Shown here: piece by piece, positions 9,522 through 20,284 of the stretch
Numbering within the stretch: the stretch's first letter is position 1
Layout of the letters: the number at the start of each line of letters is the position of its first letter
Notes under the pieces: generated by a model
Told to the model about the DNA's origin: nothing
The model's database searches: none
The model's input: the letters and a program-made list of their open reading frames with translations, nothing else
Assembly (NCBI GenBank): GCA_963662265.2
Contig: CAXXHA010000035.1
Span: forward strand, 96,001-160,000
DNA length: 64,000 nucleotides
From: Spirochaetia bacterium
GTDB taxonomy: Bacteria > Spirochaetota > Spirochaetia > CADAEX01
Direction: 5' to 3'
Made by a program: the position numbers and the translations under genes

Positions 9522-11024
9522 ATGGGACAATATATGGAATATATTCTAGAAATGACTGATATCCGAAAGGAATTTCCCGGCGTACTTGCCCTTGACGATA
9601 TCCAGTTTAAGGTAAAGCCCGGTACTGTTCATGCTCTTATGGGTGAGAACGGAGCAGGTAAGTCAACACTCATGAAAATAATCATGGGTATATATAAAGC
9701 AGATAAAGGTACGGTTCTTGTAAAAGGTAAAGAGGCTCATATCACAAATACAAAGACTGCTTTTGCTCACGGTATTTCAATGATTCATCAGGAGCTGAGT
9801 CCTGTCCCTTACATGACTGTTTCTGAAAATATCTGGCTTGGCAGGGAATTTAAAAAGGGCCCTTTTGTTAATCATCAGATGATGCATGACAAAACTGTAG
9901 AGCTTCTTGAGCGCCTGGAGCTTGATATTAATCCTGAAGAGAAAATGGTGAAACTGAGTGTTGCTCAGACACAGATGGTGGAAATTGCAAAGGCAATTTC
10001 ATATGATTCAGAGCTTATTATCATGGATGAGCCTACTTCTGCTATCACAGAAAAAGAGGTTAATCATCTATTCAAGATTATCAATGAATTAAGATCAAAA
10101 AATATAGCAATTATCTATATCACTCATAAAATGGATGAGGTATTTGAAATCTCTGACGAAGTTTCTGTTTTCAGAGATGGTAAATATATCGGGACAGAAG
10201 CAGCCGAAAAAATGACAAAAGACAAGCTTGTCAACTGGATGGTCGGCCGGGAACTCAGCCAGGTTTTTCATAAAGAAGAGACAGAAATCGGCGAGGTAAT
10301 GCTTGAAGTTAAAAACCTGTCATCCGGTGACAGATTCAGAAATGTAAGCTTTCAGCTGAAGGCAGGGGAAATCCTTGGATTGGCAGGTCTTATGGGGGCT
10401 GGAAGGTCTGAAGTTGTTGAGACAATTTTCGGTGTCCGGGAAAAGACAACCGGTGAAATATTTGTAAAAGGGGAGAAGGTTGATATCAGAGCTCCCCATG
10501 ACGCAATAAAACAGAAAATTGCACTCCTGACAGAAGACAGAAAGCAGAGTGGACTTTTTCTTCCTCTTACTGTCAAGGAAAACATGGAAATTGTCAGTAT
10601 TGATAAATATATAAAAGGCGTGTTTATAAATCATTCACAGATTGCAACAGACTGCGAAGACCAGGTTAATAAACTTGCTATTAAAACACCATCTCTTTAT
10701 CAGATTACTGATAATCTGAGTGGCGGTAATCAGCAGAAAGTTCTGATTTCAAAGTGGCTTCTGAACGCTCCCGATATACTTATTCTTGATGAACCTACAC
10801 GCGGTATCGATGTCGGGGCAAAAGCGGAAATACATAAACTTATGACCAAGCTGGTGCAGGCTGGAAAAGCTGTAATTATGATCTCTTCCGAGATGCCGGA
10901 GGTCCTTGGTATGAGTGACAGAGTCCTTGTTATGCATGAAGGTGACCTTGTCGGTGAACTTCCGCGAGAAGAGGCAGATCAGGAAAAAATATTGATGCTT
11001 GCATCAGGTGAAAAACTTAATTGA
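9522..11024 (+). CDS. Sugar ABC transporter ATP-binding protein (RbsA/MglA type)
   Basis: GENGAGKST, two ABC domains, LSGGNQQK, DEPTRGIDVGAK. Confidence 0.95.
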   Translation: MGQYMEYILEMTDIRKEFPGVLALDDIQFKVKPGTVHALMGENGAGKSTLMKIIMGIYKADKGTVLVKGKEAHITNTKTAFAHGISMIHQELSPVPYMTVSENIWLGREFKKGPFVNHQMMHDKTVELLERLELDINPEEKMVKLSVAQTQMVEIAKAISYDSELIIMDEPTSAITEKEVNHLFKIINELRSKNIAIIYITHKMDEVFEISDEVSVFRDGKYIGTEAAEKMTKDKLVNWMVGRELSQVFHKEETEIGEVMLEVKNLSSGDRFRNVSFQLKAGEILGLAGLMGAGRSEVVETIFGVREKTTGEIFVKGEKVDIRAPHDAIKQKIALLTEDRKQSGLFLPLTVKENMEIVSIDKYIKGVFINHSQIATDCEDQVNKLAIKTPSLYQITDNLSGGNQQKVLISKWLLNAPDILILDEPTRGIDVGAKAEIHKLMTKLVQAGKAVIMISSEMPEVLGMSDRVLVMHEGDLVGELPREEADQEKILMLASGEKLN

Positions 11025-11036
11025 TAGGATAACTAA

Positions 11037-12035
11037 ATGAGTGAAAAAAAATTAACAGGTAAAGGCCTGCCCAAAGAGGTAAGTATCCTTCTTATCCTTG
11101 CCGGGATATGTTTATTATTTGAGATTTTAGGATGGATTGTTAAAGGGGACACTTTTCTCTTTAACTTTGGCAGAATTAAACTTATGATTCTTCAGATGGC
11201 TGTAATTGGTATTATTGCAATCGGGGTTACGCAGATTATTATTACAGGCGGTATTGACCTTTCGTCAGGTTCTGTTGTTGCTTTTGTTGCTGTTGTTGCA
11301 GCAAGTTTTGCACAATCTTCTGATGCGACAAGACCCTATTTTGAAAACATGAATGGTACTTTTCCGGTATTTTTACCGGTTCTGATAGGTATTGGCCTTG
11401 GTGGAGTCTGCGGATTTGTAAATGGTTTTTTTATCGCAAAAACCCATATACCCCCTTTTATAGCTACTCTCGGTATGATGGTATCAGCGAGGGGTTTTGC
11501 ACAGCTTTATACAGAAGGAAAGCCTGTCAGTATGCTTAACGACTCATACCTTGTCATCGGATCAGGAATTATGCCGGTACTTATTTATCTTCTCATGGCA
11601 TTGATAGCCCATGTTCTTCTTACACAGACAAAATACGGGAAGTATGTTTATGCTATAGGCGGTAACCAGCATGCAGCTGTTGTTTCCGGTATTAATGTGA
11701 CTAAATATAAGATTATGATTTATACATATGCAGGTCTTCTCTCTGGTCTTGCAGGTGTTGTTCTTTCCGCAAGGGTAAATTCCGGCCAGGCCAGTATGGG
11801 GGTCATGTTTGAGCTTGATGCTATTGCTTCTGCAGTTATCGGCGGTACTTCTCTCGATATCGGAGGTATCGGTACAATTGGAGGAACAATTATCGGCTCT
11901 CTCGTACTCGGTGTAGTAAAGAGTGGTTTTATCTTCCTCGGTGTTAATGCCTATATCCAGGAAATTATCAAGGGAGCGATTATTATCGGAGCTGTTGTTC
12001 TCGACGTAATGAGAAACAAGGGTAAATCAAAATAA
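11037..12035 (+). CDS. Sugar ABC transporter permease
   Basis: [40 protein letters not shown]. Confidence 0.95.
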   Translation: MSEKKLTGKGLPKEVSILLILAGICLLFEILGWIVKGDTFLFNFGRIKLMILQMAVIGIIAIGVTQIIITGGIDLSSGSVVAFVAVVAASFAQSSDATRPYFENMNGTFPVFLPVLIGIGLGGVCGFVNGFFIAKTHIPPFIATLGMMVSARGFAQLYTEGKPVSMLNDSYLVIGSGIMPVLIYLLMALIAHVLLTQTKYGKYVYAIGGNQHAAVVSGINVTKYKIMIYTYAGLLSGLAGVVLSARVNSGQASMGVMFELDAIASAVIGGTSLDIGGIGTIGGTIIGSLVLGVVKSGFIFLGVNAYIQEIIKGAIIIGAVVLDVMRNKGKSK

Positions 12036-12062
12036 TCCTTAAGCGTTAATAATTACATAAAC

Positions 12063-12090
12063 AAAAGGCTGTCATAATTGACAGCCTTTT
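12063..12090. terminator. Bidirectional terminator
   Basis: AAAAGGCTGTCA-TAAT-TGACAGCCTTTT between convergent genes. Confidence 0.85.
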
Positions 12091-12186
12091 ATGTTTATTA
12101 AGAATATTGAGATATTTTATATCCCTGTTTCCCCTCTCATAACCTGAAAAATACTTGTTCAGAGATGGAAATCAGAAAAAAAATAT

Positions 12187-13278
12187 TTACAGGAGTGATT
12201 TGTCAGGAGTAACTATAATCTTGACATGTTCTTTTTTCTCCGGTCCTGTAAGTGTTCCGAATCCTTCTTCAACAATGTTATCCAGATATATTTTCTTTGT
12301 AATAAATCCTTCTGTATTTATTCTTCTGTCAGCAATAAGCTTTATGGTTTCCGGAAATTCATTATAATATGCAATTGTTCCTACAAGTTTCTTCTCTGTA
12401 AAAACAATTGAGTTGAAATCAAATTCAACAGGTTTTTCCCAGATGCTGGTTATAACGATTGTTCCTGCAAATTTACAAGCAGCAACAGCTGTGTCTATTC
12501 CAAACTTTGCACCGGTTGTATCTATCGCAACATCAACCCCAACGTTATTTGTTAATTCCTTTACTTTTTCAACAACATCGTTATCTTCAGGATCAAGAAC
12601 ATAATCTGCTCCATGAAACTTCGCATATTCCTGTCTAACTGATTTACGCTGCATTACAATTATAGTTTTCGCACCGGCAGCTTTGAGCATCTCAATTGTA
12701 CAGAGACCTATTGGTCCTGCTCCCATTACAAGTGCTGTCTGCCCGATTTTAAAATCTGCCTGTCGTAGAGACTGAAGCGCTACTGCCATCGGCTCCACAA
12801 GGGCTGCATCTTCATAAGACATGTTGTCCGGAATTTTATGAATAAAATCTTCATAGAAAGTTGTATATTCTGCGAACCCGCCGCCGCCTCCGTGAAGTCC
12901 GTGAAATCCCAGTCTGCTGCAAAGGTTGTAATGTCCTTCTTTACAGGCAGGGCACATGTCTTCTTTATGTGTCGGATTGCAAACCCTCATTGGTTCTACA
13001 ATGACACGGTCACCCACTTTTACACTTGTAACTCCTTCACCAGTTACCACAACTTCACCGGAAAATTCATGTCCAAGTATAATTGGTGCTTTTTCTCCTG
13101 TCAGGGGATGGGGTTGTTTTGTTGGAATAAAAATAGGACCTCCGAGATATTCATGAAGGTCGGATCCGCATATACCGCACCATTTTACTTTTACTTTGAC
13201 CATACCAGGTAATGTTTTTGGTTCGTCAGTTTTTACAACTCGGACATCTTCACGTCCGTACCACATGGCTGCTTTCAT
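12187..13278 (-). CDS. bdhA: Zn-dependent 2,3-butanediol dehydrogenase-like
   Basis: WCGICGSDLHEYLGGPIFIP, GHEFSG, GAGPIG. Confidence 0.8.
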   Translation of the reverse strand: MKAAMWYGREDVRVVKTDEPKTLPGMVKVKVKWCGICGSDLHEYLGGPIFIPTKQPHPLTGEKAPIILGHEFSGEVVVTGEGVTSVKVGDRVIVEPMRVCNPTHKEDMCPACKEGHYNLCSRLGFHGLHGGGGGFAEYTTFYEDFIHKIPDNMSYEDAALVEPMAVALQSLRQADFKIGQTALVMGAGPIGLCTIEMLKAAGAKTIIVMQRKSVRQEYAKFHGADYVLDPEDNDVVEKVKELTNNVGVDVAIDTTGAKFGIDTAVAACKFAGTIVITSIWEKPVEFDFNSIVFTEKKLVGTIAYYNEFPETIKLIADRRINTEGFITKKIYLDNIVEEGFGTLTGPEKKEHVKIIVTPDKSLL

Positions 13279-13743
13279 AATTTAATCTCCTTAAGGATAA
13301 ATTTATATCGATAAAAATATATCGTAAAAAGAGTAACAAACCTGTGCATCTTTGTAAAGTGATATTGGAAATATTATTTTAATGTTTATATTTTGAAGGA
13401 TTATCTGTTGTTGTTTTTACATGAAAAACATGAAAATACTTATTACTGGTAGTTTTATTATGTTTGTTATATTCAGCATCGGAATACAGCCAGCAATATC
13501 TTATTATAAATGCTGAGTAAAATTGTCAGTTTTGTAAAAAGATCTTCTCCATTTCTTATTTCTGAGTATGTTAAGAAAGAGGTTCACAGCTTAAAGATAA
13601 TGATTTACAATTGTATCAGTTTAAAGACAGCTTCCTGTACAGTAAGCTTCAGGATTTTTTCAACGGGGCAGTTTCGGTCTGAAGAGTATTTGCTGCTCCG
13701 TTTCCGGTACAGGAATACTGTTGAAACAGAGCAGGTAAAGTAG

Positions 13744-14709
13744 ATGGGAAAGGAAAAGCAGCGTCTAAGGAAAGAAGATCTTGTTGATAATATTTTTCTT
13801 CTGCTGTCAAAAGAATTTGACAGGCAGGATGAAATTGATGATATAAGAAATATCAGGATCCCTGTAGAAGATGTCAGCAGCTTTTTAAATGAAAATTTCA
13901 GTTTAAAATACAGCAGCAATAACTATATTTATACCCAGCTCAGGAGTTTTGAAGAGGAAAACAGTCTCAAGCTGTTTCAAAAAATTCCCGATCCATCAGG
14001 AACCACGGAATTCTATATTTCTGTCAACAGGGGTATTAATAGTTTTAACCAGAAAAAGTATCTGTACACAGCGTCAAAGCTTAAAATAACAAACGGCTTG
14101 TATGAGAGAATTGAGCATTATATAACTGAGAAAAGGAAAAAGTCCCTGAACATTCTCCTGGGGGCTGGAGTTGTAATTCATCACCTTGCATCCCTGATTG
14201 CAGAAAAAGGGCGGTTTCTCAATATTAAGTTCAATATTTACACACACAGCACCGCTGTTATAGACCTTTTTATGCAGCCTGAATCGGAATATGACAATTT
14301 CAATATTTATACGAGAACCGGAAAAGTTGATATTAAAAATTTCACTATCAATGATAAATTCATAGATTATTACAGTGAAGTTGATTTTGACTTTATTTTT
14401 CAGGGCACAAGCTGTATTTATAATAAACGCCTTTATGTGAGTTCGGAAGAAGAGAGTGTAATCAAGCAGGATATACTCCGCAAGGGAAAGGGGGAGAAAG
14501 TTCTTGTTCTTCTGAAGAAGGAATTCACTGACAAGGAACCTGTATCAATGCACAGTTACGGGTATATTTCTGATTACAATTATCTTATTGTTCCTGAAAA
14601 GGGGAGTATTTCCGGAAAGAAAAACTGTGATCTCATATTTGATGAATATAAGAAAAACCTTTCTCCCGAGATAATTCATTATAACTATTCAATATACAAA
14701 AACAGCTGA
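13744..14709 (+). CDS. Hypothetical protein with a DeoR-like C-terminal sensor domain
   Basis: ILLGAGVVIHHLA...IYTHS...DFDFIFQGTSCI...EESVIKQDIL echoes DeoR effector-domain motifs. Confidence 0.55.
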   Translation: MGKEKQRLRKEDLVDNIFLLLSKEFDRQDEIDDIRNIRIPVEDVSSFLNENFSLKYSSNNYIYTQLRSFEEENSLKLFQKIPDPSGTTEFYISVNRGINSFNQKKYLYTASKLKITNGLYERIEHYITEKRKKSLNILLGAGVVIHHLASLIAEKGRFLNIKFNIYTHSTAVIDLFMQPESEYDNFNIYTRTGKVDIKNFTINDKFIDYYSEVDFDFIFQGTSCIYNKRLYVSSEEESVIKQDILRKGKGEKVLVLLKKEFTDKEPVSMHSYGYISDYNYLIVPEKGSISGKKNCDLIFDEYKKNLSPEIIHYNYSIYKNS

Positions 14710-14916
14710 AATTACCTGTCTCCGGGGGAATCAGTTTCAGCTTATTGCCCTTGACCGGGGAAATGATCTTCCACGGATATTTAAAATTAAAATATCCCTG
14801 TATAAATATCTGCCCTGTTCTGATTCTTGTCAGGAAATATTTATACTGGGATTTATGCCTTTGACTTTATTAAATACTGTTTATTGTTAACCCTGTTGTA
14901 GAGAATCCTGTTTTAA

Positions 14917-15795
14917 TTAAAAAGTTTTTATTCTTTCAAAAACATCTGCTTCAGTACCGGAAAATCTTCCGGGATTTTCCATTTTAATACTTGTAAGGGC
15001 AGCTGCAAATTTAACAGCCTCTTCCGGTCCTTCTTTAAGTCTTCTTGCAAGGTATGATGCAAAACATGTGTCTCCCCTTCCTGTTCTTCCTGCAAGGTTT
15101 GAAGGGTTGAATGGAGCCCGGTAGAACTCGCCGTCCTTGAGAATAAGAACTTCAGTATTGTGAGTTACCATAATCTCTTTTGCTCCCCATTCAGCAAGCA
15201 TTTTTGCCCCTTTTTCCCTGTCCTTTGTTCCTGTAAGTATTTCCACTTCTGCCGCATCTGTTTTCAGAAAGCTTATTTTTGAAAGAAGCTCTTTTTTTCT
15301 TTCCCAGTCTTTGAACAGTAGTTTTCCTTCTTCATTGCATCTCAGGAGTCCCTGTGCGTCAATTGCCACCTTTCCTTTTTCTGCCAGGAACGGTATCAGT
15401 TCATCCGGAATTTCTCCTCTGAAAAGGCCTGCAAGGTGATATATGTCTGCCTCATTTTCAGGTACATCATCGGTTGTAAAATATTCTGCCTGTGAAATGA
15501 GTGTTACTTTTCTTGTTTCCCTGTCTTCTGTCAGGTATATGTTTTCGATTGAAGTTGTTTCCGGTGATTCAATGATTGTTACATCAGTTTTTTCATCTTC
15601 GATATACTGGATATCTTTCCAGTCTTCTTTTGCCGCCTTTGTTACAACAAGAACATCTGCACCCGCTCTTGCTGCTGAAGCTGATGAATATATTACAGGT
15701 CCGCCGGTAAATCTCTCTTCTTTTTCATCGCCTCCTTTGTAGATCATGATATCCTTGGACACATGTCCTATCATAATAATGTTGTATTTTTTCAT
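14917..15795 (-). CDS. PfkB-family carbohydrate kinase
   Basis: GHVSKD, GGPV, DAQG, GRTGRGDT anion-hole variant. Confidence 0.85.
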   Translation of the reverse strand: MKKYNIIMIGHVSKDIMIYKGGDEKEERFTGGPVIYSSASAARAGADVLVVTKAAKEDWKDIQYIEDEKTDVTIIESPETTSIENIYLTEDRETRKVTLISQAEYFTTDDVPENEADIYHLAGLFRGEIPDELIPFLAEKGKVAIDAQGLLRCNEEGKLLFKDWERKKELLSKISFLKTDAAEVEILTGTKDREKGAKMLAEWGAKEIMVTHNTEVLILKDGEFYRAPFNPSNLAGRTGRGDTCFASYLARRLKEGPEEAVKFAAALTSIKMENPGRFSGTEADVFERIKTF

Positions 15796-15918
15796 TTCTT
15801 CTTCTCCTGATTTAATTATAATGATATTGTTGTATTTAAAAAGAAAAAATTAATATGTGAAATTCGAATATTATTCATTTTTTATTTAGGTTTCACGCAA
15901 AATGTCATGGAGTTGTAA

Positions 15919-16650
15919 ATGGTGAAAAAAACAGTCCTGTTTCTGATATTTATTTCTGCAATTCTCTATGCATCCGGCGGATCCGAGATAACCCCTCATA
16001 AAAAAATCAAAGTAGATGTGATTGAGCCTTCAGGTCTTGCTTTTTCTGATAGAGAAGACTGTTTTCTTACTGTTAGTGATGAAGATTCCTGTGTATATAA
16101 GCTGAACAGGAAGGGTAAGGTTATCGGGAAGATTAAAATTGACGGTTATGATCTTGAGGGGATAGCAGCTGATGCTGACGGAAATATTTATGTGGTTGAT
16201 GAAGCTTACAGTGAAGTAATATCGGTTGATGCTGAAGGCAATGAATTTTCAAGGTTTCCTATTAATATCGGGAATTCCAGGAATAAAGGCCCTGAGGGAA
16301 TCTGCATCGATAAGGATGAGAAGCTTATATATGTCGTGAATGAAAAGAATCCCGGACTGATCCTTGTCTATGATTTTTACGGAAATAAAAAAAATGAATA
16401 TATTCCAGGTCTTGCATCAGACTATTCCAGTATATTCTACCACTCTGAATCAGGGATGTTCTATATTTTAAGTGATGAGGAGAGTTCTGTTTATATCTGG
16501 CATCCTTTATCCGGGCTGTCTGAAAAATACAAAATTAAAGTCAATAATCCTGAGGGGATTGTTGTTGGAAATAATATGGAAGTATATATAATCTCTGATA
16601 AAGAGCAGAAACTCTATGTTTTCAAGCCTTTGACAAAGGTAGTGAAATAA
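15919..16650 (+). CDS. Secreted SdiA-regulated/YjiK-like beta-propeller protein
   Basis: Signal peptide; EPSGLA, DLEGI, GPEGI, PEGI repeats. Confidence 0.75.
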   Translation: MVKKTVLFLIFISAILYASGGSEITPHKKIKVDVIEPSGLAFSDREDCFLTVSDEDSCVYKLNRKGKVIGKIKIDGYDLEGIAADADGNIYVVDEAYSEVISVDAEGNEFSRFPINIGNSRNKGPEGICIDKDEKLIYVVNEKNPGLILVYDFYGNKKNEYIPGLASDYSSIFYHSESGMFYILSDEESSVYIWHPLSGLSEKYKIKVNNPEGIVVGNNMEVYIISDKEQKLYVFKPLTKVVK

Positions 16651-16700
16651 AAATGTCATTACCCCTTTTTTTTGGAATATAATTAAATTATTATTATTAT

Positions 16701-17723
16701 ATGCAAATAATCGAAGAACATTTCGGATATATTGAAGAAAAAGAAATAAAAAAAATTACTCTGAAGAATGATTCTGGTGTTTCTGTTTCTGTAATCAACT
16801 ATGGGGCAATTGTCCAGTCGATAATTCTACCCGACAGGTTCGGCAAATACTCGGAAATTACTCTTAATTACGATACTCTTGATGGTTATATAAATGATAT
16901 AAGCTATTTCGGAGCCACAGTAGGCCGTTTTGCAAACAGGATCAGGAACGGTGTATTCCTGATTGATGGTAAAAAATACTCTGTTGCGTGCAATGAAAAT
17001 GAAAAGAATCATCTCCATGGAGGATTCAGCGGTTTTAATAAAAAAGTCTGGTCCTGTGAATCCTGGTCAAATGAGAGAATATCATCGGCCAGGATGAAAT
17101 ACAGGAGTCCTGACGGTGAAGAGGGATATCCCGGCAACCTGGATGTTGAAGTAACCTATACCCTTGATAAGAAGAATTCCTTTATTATAAACTATAAGGC
17201 TGTCTCAGATAAAAAAACTCCGGTAAACCTGACAAATCACTCCTACCTGAATCTCTCCGGAGTTGACGGCAATAAGACTATCCTCGGACACCTGCTCCAG
17301 GTTAACAGCGGTTTTTATCTTGAGACTGATGATGAGCTGATCCCAACAGGTAAAATTATTGATGTAAAAAATGGTCCAATGAATTTCCAGAATTTCAGGC
17401 GGATCGGCGAAAGAATAAAGGAAACCGGAAAGGGATATGATCACTGTTTTCTTTTCCCTTCAGATCATGGCAAAATGTACCATGCGCTTACTATGTATGA
17501 CCCCCTGAGCGGCCGCAGGCTTGAACTTTTCACAGATAAACCGGGTGTGCAGATTTATACTGCAAATCATCTTACCCCTCCTCACCGGGCTGTCTGCTGC
17601 GAGACCCAGAATTTCCCCGATTCAGTCAATCATCCCGAATTTCCCGATCCTTTTATTTCCCCCGGCGAGATATATGACAGAACTGTATTCTGTCGATTTA
17701 CAATTTCAGACGATTGTGTTTAG
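16701..17723 (+). CDS. galM: Aldose 1-epimerase
   Basis: GRFANRI, HLHGG, GYPG, NLTNHSY, GYDH, ETQ. Confidence 0.95.
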   Translation: MQIIEEHFGYIEEKEIKKITLKNDSGVSVSVINYGAIVQSIILPDRFGKYSEITLNYDTLDGYINDISYFGATVGRFANRIRNGVFLIDGKKYSVACNENEKNHLHGGFSGFNKKVWSCESWSNERISSARMKYRSPDGEEGYPGNLDVEVTYTLDKKNSFIINYKAVSDKKTPVNLTNHSYLNLSGVDGNKTILGHLLQVNSGFYLETDDELIPTGKIIDVKNGPMNFQNFRRIGERIKETGKGYDHCFLFPSDHGKMYHALTMYDPLSGRRLELFTDKPGVQIYTANHLTPPHRAVCCETQNFPDSVNHPEFPDPFISPGEIYDRTVFCRFTISDDCV

Positions 17724-17767
17724 ATTATCAAAGATAAAATAATAAAATTTTAAAATTGGAGACAGGT

Positions 17768-18796
17768 ATGGCAGACAGCAGAGGTATTGTTGATTTCAGA
17801 AGTGATACAGTAACAACCCCATCAGAAGATATGAGAAAAGCCATGTATTCAGCTGAAGTCGGAGATGATGTATATGGAGATGACATTACAGTAAACAGAC
17901 TTGAGAGAATGATTGCTGAAATGACAGGCTATGAAGAAGCTCTTTTTGTAAGCAGCGGGACTCAGTCAAATCTTCTTGCAGTTATGAGTCACTGTGAACG
18001 GGGGGATGAATTCATAGCCGGACAGACGGCGCACTGCTATGTACATGAAGGGGGCGGAGCTGCTGTTCTAGGCAGTATACAGCCACAGCCTGTGGATTTT
18101 GAAAGTGACGGAACTATTTCGTTAAAGACAGTTAAATCAAAAATAAAACCTGATGATTTTCATTATGCGAAGACTAAGCTTTTCTGCCTTGAAAATACCC
18201 AGGACGGAAAGGTCCTTCCGCTTGATTATCTTGAAGAAGTTGCTGATTTTGCGACAGAAAACAGACTCCCTGTCCATCTTGACGGGGCAAGAGTTTTCAA
18301 TGCTTCAGTAAGCCTGGGTGTTGATGTCAGGGAGATATGCAATCCTTTTGACACAGTATCTGTATGTCTTTCAAAAGGACTGGGCGCTCCTGTCGGTTCC
18401 CTGTTATGCGGACCTTCTGATTTGATTAAAAAAGCAAGGAGATGGCGGAAAGTACTTGGCGGAGGAATGAGACAGGCCGGAATTATTGCTGCCGGCGGAA
18501 CATATGCTCTTGAAAACAATATACAGAGGCTAGATGTTGACCACCGGAATGCAGAACTGATGAAGGATAAGTTATCTGAACTAGATGAGATTGAAATTAC
18601 ATCTGCTGAAACAAACATGGTTTTCTGCAGGTTTAAAAATAATGATTCAGATGAGCTTTCTGAATATCTCAGGAAAGAGGGTATTATCATGAAGGGCGGA
18701 GATGTTGTCAGGTTTGTAACTCATCTGGATATTTCTGAAGAAGATATAATAAGGTTTACTGAACTTGTAAAAAAATTCTATACAAGACAGCGTTGA
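17768..18796 (+). CDS. ltaE: Low-specificity L-threonine aldolase
   Basis: DFRSDTVT, VGDDVYG, HLDGAR, CLSKGLGAPVGS. Confidence 0.95.
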   Translation: MADSRGIVDFRSDTVTTPSEDMRKAMYSAEVGDDVYGDDITVNRLERMIAEMTGYEEALFVSSGTQSNLLAVMSHCERGDEFIAGQTAHCYVHEGGGAAVLGSIQPQPVDFESDGTISLKTVKSKIKPDDFHYAKTKLFCLENTQDGKVLPLDYLEEVADFATENRLPVHLDGARVFNASVSLGVDVREICNPFDTVSVCLSKGLGAPVGSLLCGPSDLIKKARRWRKVLGGGMRQAGIIAAGGTYALENNIQRLDVDHRNAELMKDKLSELDEIEITSAETNMVFCRFKNNDSDELSEYLRKEGIIMKGGDVVRFVTHLDISEEDIIRFTELVKKFYTRQR

Positions 18797-18826
18797 TAAA
18801 TATTTTCAATATTTGAAAAACTGAAA

Positions 18827-18861
18827 AGCTTCCCTGTTGCCTCAGGGAGGCTCTTTTTTTT
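18827..18861 (+). terminator. Intrinsic terminator
   Basis: AGCTTCCCTG/CAGGGAGGCT stem plus T-run. Confidence 0.75.
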
Positions 18862-19003
18862 AAATTTTTGTATGATTATTTAACGTAGAAGTTAAATAAT
18901 TTTTCCATTTTAAATCATTTGAAGTTGAAACAGGATTCATTTTTTCCCGGCAGTATTTTCCTGTCTGATGCATTGGGAATCAGGGAAAAGAATATCCCGT
19001 TTT

Positions 19004-20116
19004 TCAGCTTTTTTCATTCAGGTATTTATAGAGAAGGGGGAGAAAATGCCTGTTATCTGCAGTTATATATTTCATTTCACCTCCCATCCTTGAAAATGTC
19101 TTGCAGTACCTGAGGTAGTAGGCGGGATCATTCTGATCAGGTTCAGCTTTTGAGTTCCAGTCCCAGGATGATTCAGCCAGGTCAACGACAAATATTGAAA
19201 AATCTGTAATTGACCTGTTTTCTCCCGCTGCTGAATTCCTTGACATTGAAAGTGATTTTTCAAATATCATAGGTGACATTACGGCTGATCCAAGTGAAAT
19301 ATATACGCCTCGTTCAAGGCTGTTTATGTTTTCGGCATATGCAAGGAAGTCTCTCTCTGCGCATCTGCCGACTGCTGCTCCTGAATTCATGGGATGGGTA
19401 TAAATGATATCATGCCCTATCATGGGATGACCTGTAAACGGAATGTTGTTCCTGTATGCTTCAGCCTGGACACTGCAGTCAGAGTGATTGTGATTTACAC
19501 TGTAGAACCCTTTTTCAAGGGAAAATCTGTCGATTTTATCGAGGAAGTCCCAACCTGCAGCAGATTGACCTGGAAGCAGTTCCCCCCTCTTGAGTTCCTT
19601 GTAAAGGATTTCCCGGTCAGGAATATGAATTCCCCCCTCATGAATCATTCTCCCTACAGATTCACCATACCCGTATCCTTCCCATGCTCCTGAAACAATT
19701 GCGAGGTTGATGAAAAAGCCTGTTTCCTCCCATATTCCGAAACTTCCTGTCTTTACATTTTCCCTGACATCCTCACTTGTTTCGCCGAGAAAAGAGAGTT
19801 CCCAGTCATGAATAATTCCTGCACCGTTGGTGGAAAGATGATCAAGATATTTTTCCTGGATCATTTTTATCAGAACCGGGTAAAGCTTGTTTTTTATTGT
19901 ATGAGCCCCGAAAGCTGTTATGATTTTTCCATTGTTCTTTTTTGCAGAGAGTATTTTGTCAGCTGCCTGTTCAATACTTTCTTTTACCTGGACAGGAGCT
20001 TCCTGTTCGGCAGAATCTATCAGTTTCTCTACCGTATCAGAATTATCCAGTTTAACCTTGTTTTTTCTTTCTGTTACTGATTTGAATTTTATCTTTTCTC
20101 TGTCAAAAAGTTTCAT
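19004..20116 (-). CDS. Conserved hypothetical protein, deoxyhypusine-synthase-like fold
   Basis: GAHTIK, STNGAGIIHDWE, IGHDIIY, GSAVMSP. Confidence 0.6.
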   Translation of the reverse strand: MKLFDREKIKFKSVTERKNKVKLDNSDTVEKLIDSAEQEAPVQVKESIEQAADKILSAKKNNGKIITAFGAHTIKNKLYPVLIKMIQEKYLDHLSTNGAGIIHDWELSFLGETSEDVRENVKTGSFGIWEETGFFINLAIVSGAWEGYGYGESVGRMIHEGGIHIPDREILYKELKRGELLPGQSAAGWDFLDKIDRFSLEKGFYSVNHNHSDCSVQAEAYRNNIPFTGHPMIGHDIIYTHPMNSGAAVGRCAERDFLAYAENINSLERGVYISLGSAVMSPMIFEKSLSMSRNSAAGENRSITDFSIFVVDLAESSWDWNSKAEPDQNDPAYYLRYCKTFSRMGGEMKYITADNRHFLPLLYKYLNEKS

Positions 20117-20284
20117 TATTTTCCCTCTTGTTAAAAGAATAATCTGTATCAGTAAAATTATAAAGCAGGCAAAGGTTCTAAATAATAAAAAACTGCAACA
20201 TGGAATATTTCCATGGAAGCTTCTTTTTCAGCATCTTATTAACGGGAGAAAATATCGGTAAACTTGCGCTGGATGCGAAAGGGA

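Noticed and set aside
13510-13743. 77-aa ORF in frame with 13744 (possible TAG read-through)
   Set aside because: No motif or ribosome site, an ATG follows the stop immediately, and there is no evidence for recoding.
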